64,000 nt of DNA from Trichoplax adhaerens (lineage: Eukaryota; Animalia; Placozoa), in assembly GCF_000150275.1 (NCBI RefSeq), contig NW_002060946.1:7905494-7969493 (forward strand). The letters are read 5' to 3'. Positions within the stretch are counted from its first letter, which is position 1. Each line of letters begins with the position of its first letter. Position numbers and translations under genes: made by a program. Positions 49,706 through 64,000 of the stretch are shown one piece after another. The notes under the pieces are model-generated. The model saw only the letters and a program-made list of their open reading frames with translations. It had not been told where the DNA came from and searched no databases.

Positions 49706-51894
49706 GAATTAGGCAAACTGAATAGAGATAAAAGTCTGCTTTATCATACAGAAAATTGTGCAACACACGAATCTATCTCTAAGCTCTAATTAACTTTCTA
49801 GCTCACCAATAGTTTCCTTACATATGCTTAATTTTTACATCGATCTTAGTAAAATGTTATTCCTTGTCTTGTCAGAGGGTCTCATATCATGTTAATCTCT
49901 TAATTTATATCCCTCATGCAGACAAGATCTTATCTGTTTCATGAGATTGCTTATGTTTATAATAATTAAATTAAGATGAAGTGAGTAGATGTTATATGGT
50001 ATGATATCACTTAATATTCCCAGTACACAGATATTTACATAGATACATGTAAGAAAATAGTGTTGTAACCAATTTAATAAAATAATTTTGTCCTTACAGT
50101 TATTCAATTTAGAGAGTATGTGTGTGAGTTTATGTGTCACTAATGCCGCTATGCCTCTAAATTAACCAGAAAGTAAGCAAGTTTATAATAAAATAAAATC
50201 ATTTTATTGTAATCAAATATGGAAATCAATATCATAGCTGATACCATATTTATCAAGTCCTCCGTGAAATTTTGGCAGGATATCAAGCGTAACGCCTTAA
50301 TTATAACAAAATAAAATGAAAAGTAAAAATCGGAAGATGCATGTCATGTTTTCTATGTCATATGCCATGATTTTTTTTAATAATGCCTGTAACATAACTG
50401 CGATGATATGCTAATTAAATCTAGAGATCTGCGATATTATCTGCTAATTACTATGTCAATCTTCTGATAAATGAGATATATTAAAAATTCAAGTGAAAGG
50501 TTCAACAAAGCTCTATAATTGGAATTATTACGACTTAAAAAACACAGAACGCTAATAACGCAATGATAATTATACGGAATGTCTATGAACAATTATACTA
50601 AAATAAAAGGAGAAACTTTACTAATAAACAGAGTGCTGAGTATCATTGTAAATTATGCATTGGGAAATTTTAGTTCATTTTATATTATCATAGAATATGA
50701 CCCAGGTCTCCTTTATTGAAACAATTTAAATTAAATTAACATTAAAATAAAAGATGCAGTAGAATATTACTTAAAAGATTTTCGTTCCGAAAAATATATT
50801 TTGATCTAGAAGTTTATTAAACTCACATACCAAATAATTATACATCTATTCTTTTATTGATCAAAATTAATATCGATCAGATTGTAAGCTGCTGAAAAAG
50901 TAAAAAAACGATAATTTATTTTATTGAAAAGGAATAACTGAATTAAAATATCAGGTCGCACTTACAGCACTTACTGTAATTTAAACGAAACTAACAGTTA
51001 TCCCGCAATATCTATTACCACACACGCTCAGACCTATAACCTATTAAATCGATTTACTGTATTTCTGAGACATTCGGATTAAAGTCGCATATAAGGACCC
51101 GTTCCTTTAATCTTCTAGAATCAAGATCTAAATATATATTACCCTTATTAACTATCTATTGCATTCCCAACAATAATGCACTCAATTTGCTATCAAAAAA
51201 TCAATTACTGATATCCATATTTGTAATGTCGCATAAGCAACATTGCAAATAACATACCAGGTGTGCAATATCTTAAAATGAAATCACACATCCGATTCAA
51301 AGGAAAAAGGTCAGCAGCATCAATATTTATAAAATTATTAAACAATAATACAAATGATTGATTTGCTTCCGATGAAAATCGTAATTAGTTTCATAAAATT
51401 TTCTCCTGCGTGATAGCTGATGCATTATATAGGTGATCCTTAAAACAACAAAAAGAGCTATAATCTTATTAATTTTTTGTTTATGCCTTCATTAGACTGT
51501 TTTAATTACAATAAAAATGACTTCAAGATCAATAACAATATCTAAGTTACAGTAATCTTTAATTTACCTGTTATTAGACCCAATAAACATTGTTACTTAC
51601 TTATAATTTCGTAATACTCATTAACTCAAAATATATTTACAGCTGAGAGAAAGAGTATAAATTAGAAAATCATTTGTTGATCAAATCAGTCTACTTCAAT
51701 TTTAATCTTCAAATATATCTACTGCTGACTCAATCATTTTCCCATAGAGTCCTTTAGGCCTAAGCATTCTTGCTTACATCTATTGTGAATATACTTCAAA
51801 TTTTACAGCACCCCAAGATATCAACTTGAAAACTAAGAGTGCATTGGCACTACTGATAGTGTATGTAACATCAAATTTTTAATTCTTAATCAAC

Positions 51895-52932
51895 ATGTCA
51901 TCCAACCATATTAGACTCAGCAATGAAACAAACCATCAACTGGTATCGCTATTAGGACTTCGACTTATTGTCGGTATACCTTCAGTTATTATTTTTATCG
52001 GTGGTTTGATTGGAAATATATCTACTGTATTTACTATCATTCGATACAGAAGAACGACAACCAAAGATCTCATGTTCTACTTAGTTGCTAATTTAGCAAT
52101 GTATGATATTCTTGTCATGTTATTTGCTTTACCAATTACAGTTATCCGAAAATTAGCTTTCACATGGCCGTTTGGAGCTTTCCTGTGTTATACTATAAAT
52201 GGTTTCCCTCCTTTCTCGGGAATAGGCTCAGTAGTAACGATGATTTCTATAGTAATCGATCGCTACTATGTCGTTTTACATGCAGCAAATCCAAATCCAA
52301 AAGAGAAGCAAAAGGGACTAATTCTTTTAGCTTTATTCATAATAGCATTAGCCATTGCTTCACCAGCATTTATATTTTCAAAATATGACGATTCTCAATC
52401 AACTCCTTATTGCGACATGGTTTTTTCTACTGATCCTGCTATTCAAATTATGTGGAGACGAATTTATGTTACCTTAGTCAGTGTTTTGATTTTATTTCTA
52501 CCAGTTACGTTCGAAGTAGTCTTATATGTCAAAATTTTACTGGTTTTACGACAAAGATTGAAAAGTCCTACAGCTCGATTCAATTATGCATATGTTAAAG
52601 CTCATAAGAATACCATCAAATTGATGCTGTTAATGACTATATTATACGCAACTACTCATACACCGCTGTTTACTTGCTACCTAGTCTATCGTTATGGAGG
52701 TGTAGCGCCCGAAAATGTTTTAGTATTTCAACTTGTATACATCATCGCGCATTTATGTTTCTATTGCAAAAGTGTCATTAATCCTATAATTTACACTGGC
52801 TTTATTCCAGAACATAAGCAGTGGCTACTTTGCATAATTAATTTCAAATTTATACGGCCTCGCTTGTCAAGTACAAGTATCTTAAAATTCCGGAAAAATA
52901 AATGTACTATTGCTCCAGTATCAGCCTCATGA
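51895..52932 (+). CDS. Intronless class A GPCR, 345 aa
   Basis: 7TM with GN, NLAMYD, TWPFGAFLC, IDRY and TM7 NPIIY; atypical TM6 (THTP in place of CWxP). Confidence 0.92.
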   Translation: MSSNHIRLSNETNHQLVSLLGLRLIVGIPSVIIFIGGLIGNISTVFTIIRYRRTTTKDLMFYLVANLAMYDILVMLFALPITVIRKLAFTWPFGAFLCYTINGFPPFSGIGSVVTMISIVIDRYYVVLHAANPNPKEKQKGLILLALFIIALAIASPAFIFSKYDDSQSTPYCDMVFSTDPAIQIMWRRIYVTLVSVLILFLPVTFEVVLYVKILLVLRQRLKSPTARFNYAYVKAHKNTIKLMLLMTILYATTHTPLFTCYLVYRYGGVAPENVLVFQLVYIIAHLCFYCKSVINPIIYTGFIPEHKQWLLCIINFKFIRPRLSSTSILKFRKNKCTIAPVSAS

Positions 52933-54889
52933 TTTAGTCATGAAATGCTCATCATGGAGCACTACGGGGCTTAACCTTATAAAATGGCTTTTATTGGATA
53001 TCTTGTATCTCTCTCGATTTTATAATATTCTATTGGATTGAGAGTAATATCATTCACTAAATATTTCTGCTAAATATTATTATACCGGTGTGACTAGTAA
53101 ACAATACTATGTAAGACTAGAACAATATATTCATTATCTATGATAAAATGAAACATTTTAATCAAAATTTTCATTCAACGTCACTTAAACTTTCTGCTAA
53201 GATTCGTGTTAGTATTGAATACTACAAAGTATGGTTGATACTTAGTTTGTAAAATTAATACTCTATCATTGTAAGCTTATTCTAAATAATAGATTCCATA
53301 TATCTTGTATTTAGAATCTTGAATATCTCCATATAACGTAACTTTTCTTCTCAATAACAAGGCTAAGAAATTTTTTAACTGACTAGTGTTGTGTGCAATA
53401 CAATTTTACTTGTACAATATCCGTTAGAATGTTAAATTTTCTAAATGGCTTGACATGATTTGTAACCCTTACCTTATACCGTAAGTATCAAAGCCATAAG
53501 TTTACACCTATATTAATACTATGATTAATCCTTCACTTCTCTAGAAATAAATTAGCACACCAATAAATGTATCAACACTTACCGTACTACTTGTTTTTTC
53601 AGCTCTAGGCAGAATAGTGCAATACTTACGAAATATAAATATTCTCAACTGCTACGATGACTTATTGAATTAGGGTATTAAATCTACCATAGTCATATCC
53701 ATAGTCGGTATAAGGCAATGGATTTTTCCTCTAATATAATAACTCCTCCTTCATTTATTCAGTAAGGTATTATAGATTAAAGTTTTTGAAAGTCGTGTTA
53801 GCATATTAAAATTTGGAATAGTCTTAGAATGGCAATTCTCTAAATAATGTTTTTACGTATTACTGCACTTATCATTAATTTTTAGATGTAAAGATACAGT
53901 ATCCATGGCAAAGCATTTATGTTTCAGCATTCTTATTCAATATGATTATTCAATAGTTGTAGAAGTAGGATAATTTAGTTGTACTTCTTCACTTTATCAT
54001 TCCTGTCGTATGAGTTATTTGGTGAAGTCATTATCTTCTGTACTTGATGATCGTGTGTGCTTGTTACGGAGACATGCTCCGAAATATTAATTGCTAAGTT
54101 AATTAAAATATCTCATTTAAATTATTGTTTGCTCCAGTAGCTTATTAGATATCAATGTTTATTCATAAGTACTTGTTCAATATTGTTGACATGTCGGAGC
54201 TAACACGCTTAGTCTGTAAACGTTAATTAATAACACCTTAAGTGTAAGATTAATTACTTTGCAGAGCCTTGAGGCTCTAGTTGCTATACTAGGATATGTA
54301 TACTGTACAGTGTAAGCCGCTATTTCAAGAATATTCGCAAGTGTACCATCGGCGAGGCTATAAAAAGCGGAGCAATAGCTTAGCTTCTCAGTTCCAGTTA
54401 GTCATTTACAGGATCTTTTGACTATCTTTTGACTATTATTGCTAAGAATATTCTTACGTTTTTCTTTAGTACATTTTACGACTAAGGTTAACGAAAATAA
54501 AGTAAAGTATTTAAACCTATTACTCAATAGTAGTTTTTTTGTGTAGCAGAGAGTTAGTTCAACTACGATAGGTCCCTAAGTTAGTTGGGAACACAAGTAC
54601 TAGTGAAGATAATGTTTAAGACCCGGTTTCTTGTTACAAAGAAGTAGATTTGTAACAGTGATATACTGTGTCGTCCTGGATAGTCCTGTAAATGTTTCCT
54701 TATCTCTTTCCTCAACAGTTCTGTACATCGCTTCTCATGTTATTATGCTTGCTTGCATACTGTTCCTATTTGACTCAGTTTAATCTCTTGAATTCAGCAT
54801 TATTGAGTGTCCTTATACCCGGTAGATTCTATGTATATTTTGAAACGAAATGAACCTCCCTTAGAATAAAGTACTGCCGTCGCAAGCAG

Positions 54890-55485
54890 TCTCTTTGTGA
54901 TAAAATTCTCCAGAATATGTCTCAATATTAAATAGAGCCTAACACCTTAAACTGGTTGCAATAGATCACAGTGCCACACGTAATTGAAATACTAGGAATG
55001 TTGTCTATTTCAAGCGGTTTCTTCGAGATCAAATTCTCTCGAACACACCACAGGTTTAGAAAGATATTACTGCAATCCACGAGCTAGTAACTAGAGAGAA
55101 TAAAATTGATTTACGACACTCGTTTCCTCTATATATGCGGGAAAGTTCGACTAATAAAGGTGAGATCAAACACTTATACCTTAAACTGATTGCGATGGAT
55201 CACGCTAGTAAACCCAATTGAAATAGTAAAAACATTGTTCTATCCTAAGTGTTTTTTGTGATAAAAATTCTCCTTAATGGGTCAAAACATTAGATTTTAC
55301 TGCAACATATGAGCTGGCTGTTTGAAAGACCATGAAATCAGTTTCGAAAGAATAAATTGACTTCAGACTTTCATGTACTCCATTTTTGAGAAAATTCAAC
55401 CAATAAAGGTCAGATCTAAATGGTTATACCTTAAACTGATTGCAATAGACCACAGTAGTAGGCGTAATTAAAACACTAGAAATAT
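54890..55485 (+). repeat. Old degenerate tandem repeat, unit about 235-250 bp, about 2.5 copies
   Basis: ACCTTAAACTG(G/A)TTGC(A/G)AT(A/G)GA(T/C)CAC at about 54943, 55178 and 55428; secondary anchors TTTGTGATAAAATTCTCC, AGAT(A/T)TTACTGCAA and AATAAAGGT recur in the same order. Confidence 0.75.
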
Positions 55486-56988
55486 AGCAGCATATTAAAT
55501 TTCCATATATTAATCCAGTTATTCCGGGTCTGAGAGGATGAAAGGGGAAATTAGTAAAATTAAACATTGAAAATTGAAAGCGCGATACATGAGATACCTG
55601 CAATATCTAAATACTAGTTATATCACGTATAATTTGCTGTGTGCAGCTTCACCTTTTTTAGTGAAAGTAACCTCTTCTCATAATGCAAATTATCAAAAAT
55701 AATTATAATATCACCAAATTAAAATGTTATGCTAAACTGAGTCAGCATGAAACGCTAACTTCTATTGTGAATACATTACTGGAACAGCGTAAAAGCTGGA
55801 TTTAGCATTTGCTTAAGAAAAAATAGATAAGAAAATAAATCTCGTTCTTCTTAAATCTCTACTCAATATCCATGCATTTGCTTAATATGTAGCTACACTC
55901 TATGCGACAAAACAAAACACGCAAACTGGGTGCCATTACACAATAATATTCTATTGAACTCGCGAGCATATATATTTAATGATAAGAAATACAGACTAGA
56001 GTATGCTTAGCAATACATACGAAAATAGTGTGTCCAATAGCATATTTCATCTTATGTTCTGCATGTCTGCATATAGGTTAATATTCCTTGCCTAATAACG
56101 CAAATGACGACTGCCATTTATTAAAATCATTGCAACGGCAAATTTAAAATTTGTAAATACGTATTCATTACTATAATTCAGTCGATTTTTTATTTCTTAC
56201 ACAAAATTCATTGCACGCTTGATGATATTCAAAAGTATGTGCAAAAAGAAAATAGTTGTATTTAAATATCTTTCTCGATAATTACTGCAACATATCGTTA
56301 GTTAACTAATTCTGAGGCTAACTGTAGATAGAAATGAATATCATATCACTTACTACTATTGTAGTATCAAGAATCAATTACAAACGGTATAAAAATAAAA
56401 ATTCAGTTTTACCAGCTATTGAAGTTAGGAAAGTATCATAATCTTATTTCCTTCTTGATACCAAATTACAGTTTTAGATAAAGCTTATCAAATTTACCAT
56501 TTAATGAAATCAGCAAATTAATTCTTGCAAAGAAATAAGTATAATGTTTAATGTTTATTCAGCCTTACTGACCAATGCCAGTATCGATAAGAGAATATGC
56601 GTGCTCTAGAATACCGTAATGTAGTGATTTCAGCTAATTACAGTAGTTTTGTGTAGGCAATACAGTGATAGCATACAGACACTACACATAATGAGACGGT
56701 TTACCGATGTATAATTTCACCGTAATTGATATCATTCTAACCATGTTAAAGTTTTGTTTACTATACCATCCGAAAAGGGCTAACAAGGGTATTAGGAGTA
56801 AAATAGAAAAATAAAAGAAAAAGAATTTTTGAATTGAAATTGTATTCGCTTCGGAAATATTGCATTTAAAATCCTGAAAAGGCATTAATGACTATTTTAG
56901 GATATAACAATCCTTTTCTGTGTCTTGATCAGGATTATAGCGTATACTATGCAGTTTCTTCCTTGCTACATATCATATTTTGGAAATA

Positions 56989-57226
56989 TAGTATTAATTT
57001 CAAGATAACGTTATTACAATTTTGACCTTCGACCTGAAAATTTTACTCAGAAAAAGTTTAATCAATAACTTAAAATGATCTAAAACTACCGCAACATGTT
57101 TATTTACTAGTATTAATTTCAAGATTGCTTTACTATAGTTTCGACCTTCGACCTGAAAATTTTGCTCGGAAAGTTTTCCATCAAAAACTAAAAAATGGCT
57201 TAAAACTACTGCAGCATGTTTTTTCA
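56989..57226 (+). repeat. Tandem duplication, 2 x 119 bp
   Basis: TAGTATTAATTTCAAGAT at 56989 and 57108; both copies carry GACCTTCGACCTGAAAATTTT and TAAAACTAC.GCA.CATGTTT. Confidence 0.9.
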
Positions 57227-60200
57227 ACAGCGCAAAAACAAAAAATATTTACGGCTTGCGTGATCAACTACTAGATCGGAAGATGTTCTGTCGGAAGTGT
57301 CTAAATTTTCGACTTTGGTAGACAGTTTCATCATGACCAATTTGACAAAGGCATAATTTGGCGTGAGCCCAATTCATACCTGAAATGCTGAGATAGGAAC
57401 TGAAACTTTTTGTCTAAATCAATGATGCACATATTGCTCGTACAATAGCTATGGATATCTTTAGGCATTGCGTTACTGAATGGGAATATAATTTTTCCCA
57501 AATTGCAAAGTATTTCATTACAAAATAATCCACCTATGATAATCTTATAATTGAAATTTTCTTCATTCCAATTATCTGCATTGGGTTCATTCCATTATCT
57601 GCTTGCTTTCAACTAGCCTATTTATTTTGTCGTAGACAATAGCTATAGAGACAACAGTAATAGGCATCAGCATTTTATTAATGGCGATCGAAAATTTGTA
57701 GTCTGAATAAACGCTGCGGCATTAGTGCTTTGGAAATAGGTTATGCTCTACTACTGATAGAGGTCCAAATTATGCAGATGTAATCATGATAGCCAATAGA
57801 TTTTCCCTACCTTATTGATATTGACATCGAACTACTTCATGTCTCAATATTAATAAAATTCTTTAGACCGCGTCATGCTACCACTGATAGTGTCTTTTGA
57901 TCTATCTCAGTAGCCTCAAACTCTCTTTAGCAATAATACATAATTTATTATATCTGTAAATATCCATAATTCGAAATTGTTGAATAAAAATTGTCAGTAC
58001 CACAAGCTGGTGGTCGAGCCTATTAATACTATAGCTATTTAAAGAAGCAAAAATCAGTAATTGCAGAGAATTAATTATAGTTTGTAAAAGCAAGGCATTA
58101 GCAACTTTATATTTCCAATAATTACTGTTAATTATTAATATTGTCTACAAGGATTTATTGTTCAACTATAATAGTTACTAGATTACTGCAATAGCTGTCA
58201 CTTTATCCTGTAGGTCAATACAAGTACGCTTATAACTATTTTGCAGAAAATAATTTAAGCATCATTAATGCTTAATAAAGATCCTTTACTATAACGCTGG
58301 GCTGATATCGATTTTTTTTCGTAGTCGTTGGCACTAGGCATTTAAATATTAACAATTTACGAGCTGAAGATTGATACAAAATCTACTTTTTTCACCAAAA
58401 AAAATGTATATAAGATATATATAGCTGGAGTGAATAAATAATCATTTAAATTATTTTATATTTTTTAGACAGTATCCTATCAATGGATAATATTAAACTA
58501 CTAATTGTACGAGCGTACGTGATCTTTAAAAATAATAACAACGACGGCATAGTCTACCGATATTTACCTGTGGTCACGTTTACTATACTCTATTTAAAGT
58601 TACTTCAAAGAAAAAAATAGATATATAACCGTAGTTGCTTTCGATATGAAACAAAAAGTATGTATCCTAATAATGAACTTCATGCTTTTAAAATAGCAAT
58701 ACATAGCTACAAATAGTCGCATGGCTAAATAACAAGCCATCATTCAACTGGTGACCAATAAAATATCAAGAGCTGTAGTATATAAGTGGATTAGAATAAT
58801 TCTTTGTATATTAAACAAATGTGGTATCAATACTCAATGACAGCCTCTCTTTCAGTCATTACAAGTAATTTTTTATGTATTTTAGTAATATGACACAACA
58901 GGCCAATATAATTAATGTATTTAGTAACCAATTTACCGCGTTTATTACTAATATTTAGAAATGGAACGCGAATTGAGTCAGGTTAATGAAAAGCTACGGC
59001 AAAATATCTTCAGTTATATTTATAGAAATAAGAAATATTGCAATAAAACAAAATAAATATCGACGTTTATAAACATGATACAATCATATATAAGATAAAT
59101 TTAACGGTATAGAGTACCAATATCATCTTACGCTGGAATAAATGCCGCGACATCATGATTGATTAACTAAGTACGTAAAGCATCTTGAACATAAATGACT
59201 TTAGAAGTTGACCGTTAATATATATATAAAGACTAACACAGTAGAAAGAAACATTATATATCATAACAACCATAAAGTAATATATTTTAGGTGATTCTAT
59301 TTCATTTTACTATATTCACGTAACATTTTCACAGGGAAAATGAGCTTAGACATTAGAACCGTAAATACTTTCTAATTCCAATTTTTGCAAACAATATTTT
59401 CTCTTTTCCTAATACAGCATAGACAAATGAGATAAGTATCCTTCCCATTACAATTATACTTATTCCATACTAATAAGTAAAGCCCAGGAATAAACAATTG
59501 ATATAGCTAGATGTAGTAACAACAATCAATTTTCGCTCATGCACAATAAGCACAATGCTATAGACAGTCTATAATCAGGCAATACAATACTAAATTTAAA
59601 AAAATTCCACATTTTCGCTTGGAACAATTGCTATGCACTGTTATAATTTTTATCGCTATTAAAAAAGCCCAGTGACAAACATTCGACGCAGTAAAAATTT
59701 AAGTACAATTACTAGTGTTCGTTCATAGACAATAATATGAAGCTTTCTAAAAGGAATAGGCATTATAGAATACTAAAATAGGAAAATATCTGTTTTATTT
59801 ACGAATGTCTTAATCTACTATATTATTTGTAGACACAGTAAGATGCAGTTGCCTTATGAATTAATATAAAGCGTACCGGTACTCTATAATTTACTTGCTT
59901 AGTACTTGTTATATCACTTTTATTATTTAATATAGTAATTGATTTAATTCTAAGGCATATTCAAATTTATTTAATTGCAATCCTATTTTACGGTGCTCGA
60001 GCCATCATCAAAGAATTTCCATATGTGGGTATACGAACAAGTTATGTGCAATGCATTTATCCAATTCATTATAGTTTATTTTGTAGAATTTGCAAGGGTA
60101 TACGGGTCTACGCAAGCTCAAGAAACTACATCCTGCGGAATTTCCGTGAGATCTGTTGGTAATCAATATCCTTATCTGTAAGTAAAATAGTATCTACTCC

Positions 60201-63200
60201 ATCAAGACTCGATATTTCTATCAACTGTGTAAGTAGCCTCTAAACTTTTAACGCTTTAAATTGATAGAATGGATCAATTAACCAAAACAGTAGTAGAAGT
60301 TAAAAACAGCTTTCTAGTAACAGACATTTTTTCTCGCTCTACATATTTTGCATTTATTCATGTCACCTACGTTAATTTTTCCGTAGAAATTGCATTTAAA
60401 GTCTTACTTTATATTGATTAAGGAACACTGTTAAAATTGATTAAGATTAAAAGTAGTAGTCTTTAGAGCTGGAGTATAATTTTGCACCCGTTCTCTTGCC
60501 ATTAATACTGTTACTGGTAAGCGGACATAAAGTAGTTCAAAGTACAAAATGGGTGAAAGCTCTATCTGTAGCATTACGGAATTGGGAAGTTGGGCGGAAC
60601 AAATGTTACTTCAGTCATTTAGAGTAAATCTCTTATAATAGGCCTTTAGAAAGTTAAAAAAATCGACGCCATAATTCATTTTAATCATATAACGATACTT
60701 AGTAACTTGGTTCAATTTGTGCCATAGTTAGCGGTATAACAGTGACCGAATTTAGGAGACTGAATGCATTTAAGTAGTTCATAAACTGTCAAAGTAGTTA
60801 AAAAGTGTCAAATGAACTGTCATGTTTTATTTGGCATCACCACTTACGTATCTATGCAAAGATAATATAACGCTATCACTTCATGTTTTTAATCTGGCTT
60901 TGCGATAGCTCGCTATACGTTTCTTCTCCCCTCACTGTATATCGTACCATTCTTCTATCCCCACTGAATTGAGAATAGCGTCGCTAGCATTTACTAATAA
61001 AATATAACTGACAATGTCACCCCTAGTCGTTAATCAATTTCCGGTAGCTATCGTGATTAATTACTTAACATTACAATAAAAGAGTCAATTTTTGCGTCAA
61101 TCTAAGCACTCGTATCCTGATATGATTACCCTATCCGATCACCTAATATTGATACTTTTGCCTATTTTAGGATTGACTTCTACAGAACCACATCAAGCAG
61201 TATAATTAGCGTACCAACTGTCGACTACTGTAACATTTATAGTTGTAGTATTAAAAATGGACAAAATCACACTTAAATCAATGGTAACAACGAAGTATAA
61301 AGCAATTTTTGCTACGTGACTGGATAATTGTATTTCTTTTAGTGCGAACCAATTCAATTCTAAATTGCGTATGCTTAAAATATTTACGCAATTCTAATCT
61401 GTCATACCATTATTTTGTTTTGATTATAAGTCGCCATTTTAACCAGCATTTAAATGAATATGTCCGTGTAAATGGAGGTACGCAATTTTGATCGATGCTT
61501 TTCTCTAGGCGGACATTCTGACATTAGAAAAATGAAAAGAGAAATTTCGACAATAGACCTTGTTCATTATTCTATAAATTGTAGACTAAGGATGACTAGT
61601 AAATCACCCTATTTATTTTAACCTCCAATCTAGCTCTTTACTAATTATTATGAAATTAACAAGTATCCTTGACATAACCATTCTTGCCACTGCTCCTTTT
61701 CTCTACCGGATCTTCAATACCTATATTACTTAAAATAATACAAGATAGCCTGTAAGCTATATGATAAAACTGAAAGCCTTTGATATACTTTGAAAAAAGG
61801 CTACCAACGAGTGTTTGATTTATGGTTCGTCCGGTAAGTTATATTTCCATAACATGAGAATACTAGAAGCCAGCAACCCAGTAAGATATCCAAAACTTTG
61901 GGATAGCTGAAATATTAAATTAAAATAGTTACTCACCAACTATTATATAAAATGAGACAATGGCTTACTTAAAATGAGATAATAGGTCACGATAATCACG
62001 ATATAAATAAATAGATATCACTTTGACATCGCCCATCTGTCAATACTACCCATCTCGTATATGCTAAATAGTGCAGAATATATCAAAGTATGTAATTGTT
62101 CTTGATATTGAAGGATATAAATAATTTATCACCGCTTTTATATTGATGTATGCGTCAATAAATAATCTATCACTGCAATCAATAAAGTAGATTTTCTAAT
62201 TATTCCATATTACTATAAAAATCGAATAATGAAATATGTCACGCATAAAGGCTTGCTGGTCTGAATGTTATATTATCCTTTTACAGGTTATAAGACAATT
62301 TAATGTCAGTGAAATGGTTGTTTGACGCTACTATTGAACTATGACGATGTAATATTTCCTTCCTATAAATATAGGCTAATATTATGATTAATTACTATTT
62401 TGGAACGATTTGTACATTGCCGTGAATACCACATCCTAACTTATATTAAATGAATCATTTTTCTAGTCAAAAAGGTAATGCGCTTACTTGCCTGTCACGG
62501 ACTACTCTCCTGTCAAAAGATAAAGTTTAGTATTCTTCTCTTCTAATTTATATAAGTTACTACACTAACACTACCAATGCTATCTTATTCGTGAAAACTA
62601 CAAAATCGGTTAACAATGAGCGAATTCCACAATTACGTACAAGTTAATAATATAATTAAAGTTTAGTCAACCTAACCTATGTTGGCAGAAATCTACTAAA
62701 ACACAAGTACTTAATCTATAGTACTATTCTTGGTGTATTTGTACCGTGACATTACCAGAAAGATATTTATTACTATCTTCATTTACTGTACAGTAGACTA
62801 TTTTTTGAATTAAAGTGAAAATAATCCTCTTACCAAGAAAAATCGAGCGTAAATTGTATATAAACTACTTTCAATGATAACATTTTCAGGAAACTTCGAG
62901 GTGTTATAGCATTATAACGGCTGTAAATTATTCTCAGCTTTAGAATCCATTACGTTAAAATTTGTGAACACGTCTCAATCAAATAATATTGGATTATTAT
63001 GAAGTTATAGGGAGTACGGTAGTATCTGTAAAAATGTTAATACGATAAACTAATCTGATTAAACTTCTAACTTTCACCTCAAAAATTCGCGCGCAAGTAC
63101 CTACCCTTGTAAGCCACAACGACACTACGCAATTGAAAATTTTCTTGCCTACGGCAAACTAATTCCTACAATTAAATATTGGGTCATTTTAAGAAATCGG

Positions 63201-64000
63201 ATTTGATCATCACAACGAGATTACCTTCCTTGTCAGTTTTTACCAGAGCTAATCTTCTGGCATTTAATTACGAATTCAGCTTTTCCAATATTTCTTTCTA
63301 GTACAATGCAAAATTACTTCCGTAGCATATTATACAATCTTTCAAAGTATTATATATTCTATAATATTATACCTATCGAATAAAATGATCTAAAGGTATA
63401 ATTTTGATAGAACATCACTAATACTACTCTTAACGCTTTTCAGTATTCTTCATTTTTAAATTGTTGACGCAAATCATGATCATTAGCAAAACTATCATTT
63501 ACCAGGTAATTGATGATGTGTCTTATAGAATAAAAGATGTTAGTCAGTCATGTTTCCTTAAGTCAAGAAAATATGAGATAAGAATGATATTCGTCTGTAT
63601 TAAGGTTAATTGGGTAAGAAACTGTTGATTCTAAATTGGAGCCTTTCATTCTTAACGGTCAATGAAATTAAGACATGTTAACAATTGACTGCGACATAGC
63701 ACGTGCAATGATCATCTTGTAGACATTCATTTGACAGTAAACAATTTACTACATTCTATAATTGCGTGTCAATTTTACTTGTAATTGTCCACTGCTCAAT
63801 TTCATCATGAGTTCGCATTATCAATATTGGTTATTTTTGTTTGTATTTTCTTAATTTTTGATTACAATTAAAACCCACGCATTCTTGACTGATTGCGTAG
63901 TATTTAAATCTTGCAATATCATCCAAATACAGTAATGAAATGTAGATTTACCGTTTAAATAAGTGATTATTCTATAGTCCATTAGTTTTTAACAAAAATA

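Noticed and set aside
52760-52800. Opsin assignment from the TM7 lysine
   Set aside because: The Lys is 4 residues before the NPxxY Asn (position 7.45), not 6 (position 7.43) as in opsins.
53000-64000. Short ORFs (60-76 aa) in the distal region, and similar ones at 22-27 kb and 39-47 kb
   Set aside because: AT-biased composition, often non-ATG starts, no recognisable motifs and no consistent exon chain. Small exons could have been missed by eye.

Overview
AT-rich eukaryotic (animal) genomic DNA with short spliceosomal introns. Intron size, base composition, intronless rhodopsin-class GPCRs and a long 42-aa-TPR gene suggest a placozoan (Trichoplax-like) genome; this is an inference, not a database result. 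Genes: four intronless class A GPCRs (one a pseudogene with a nonsense codon and a frameshift), a 4-exon AKAP7-like 2H phosphoesterase, an intronless SLC35/TPT-family transporter, USO1/p115 (about 31 exons, one U12-type intron), RCC1L/WBSCR16 (about 12 exons, one GC-AG intron) and a single-exon TPR protein of about 1140 aa. Non-coding structure: a 7-copy ~143-bp tandem array in the divergent SLC35/USO1 promoter, several degenerate minisatellites, a probable LTR+PBS retroelement relic, MITE-like inverted repeats and a perfect 32-bp palindrome. The most striking signal is that array copies differ mainly by 5-nt insertions converting TA into TACAGTA or TACTGTA, the canonical excision footprint of Sleeping Beauty-type Tc1/mariner transposons. 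The same pentamers pile up upstream of two housekeeping genes, suggesting promoter-focused, repeated cut-and-paste scarring.
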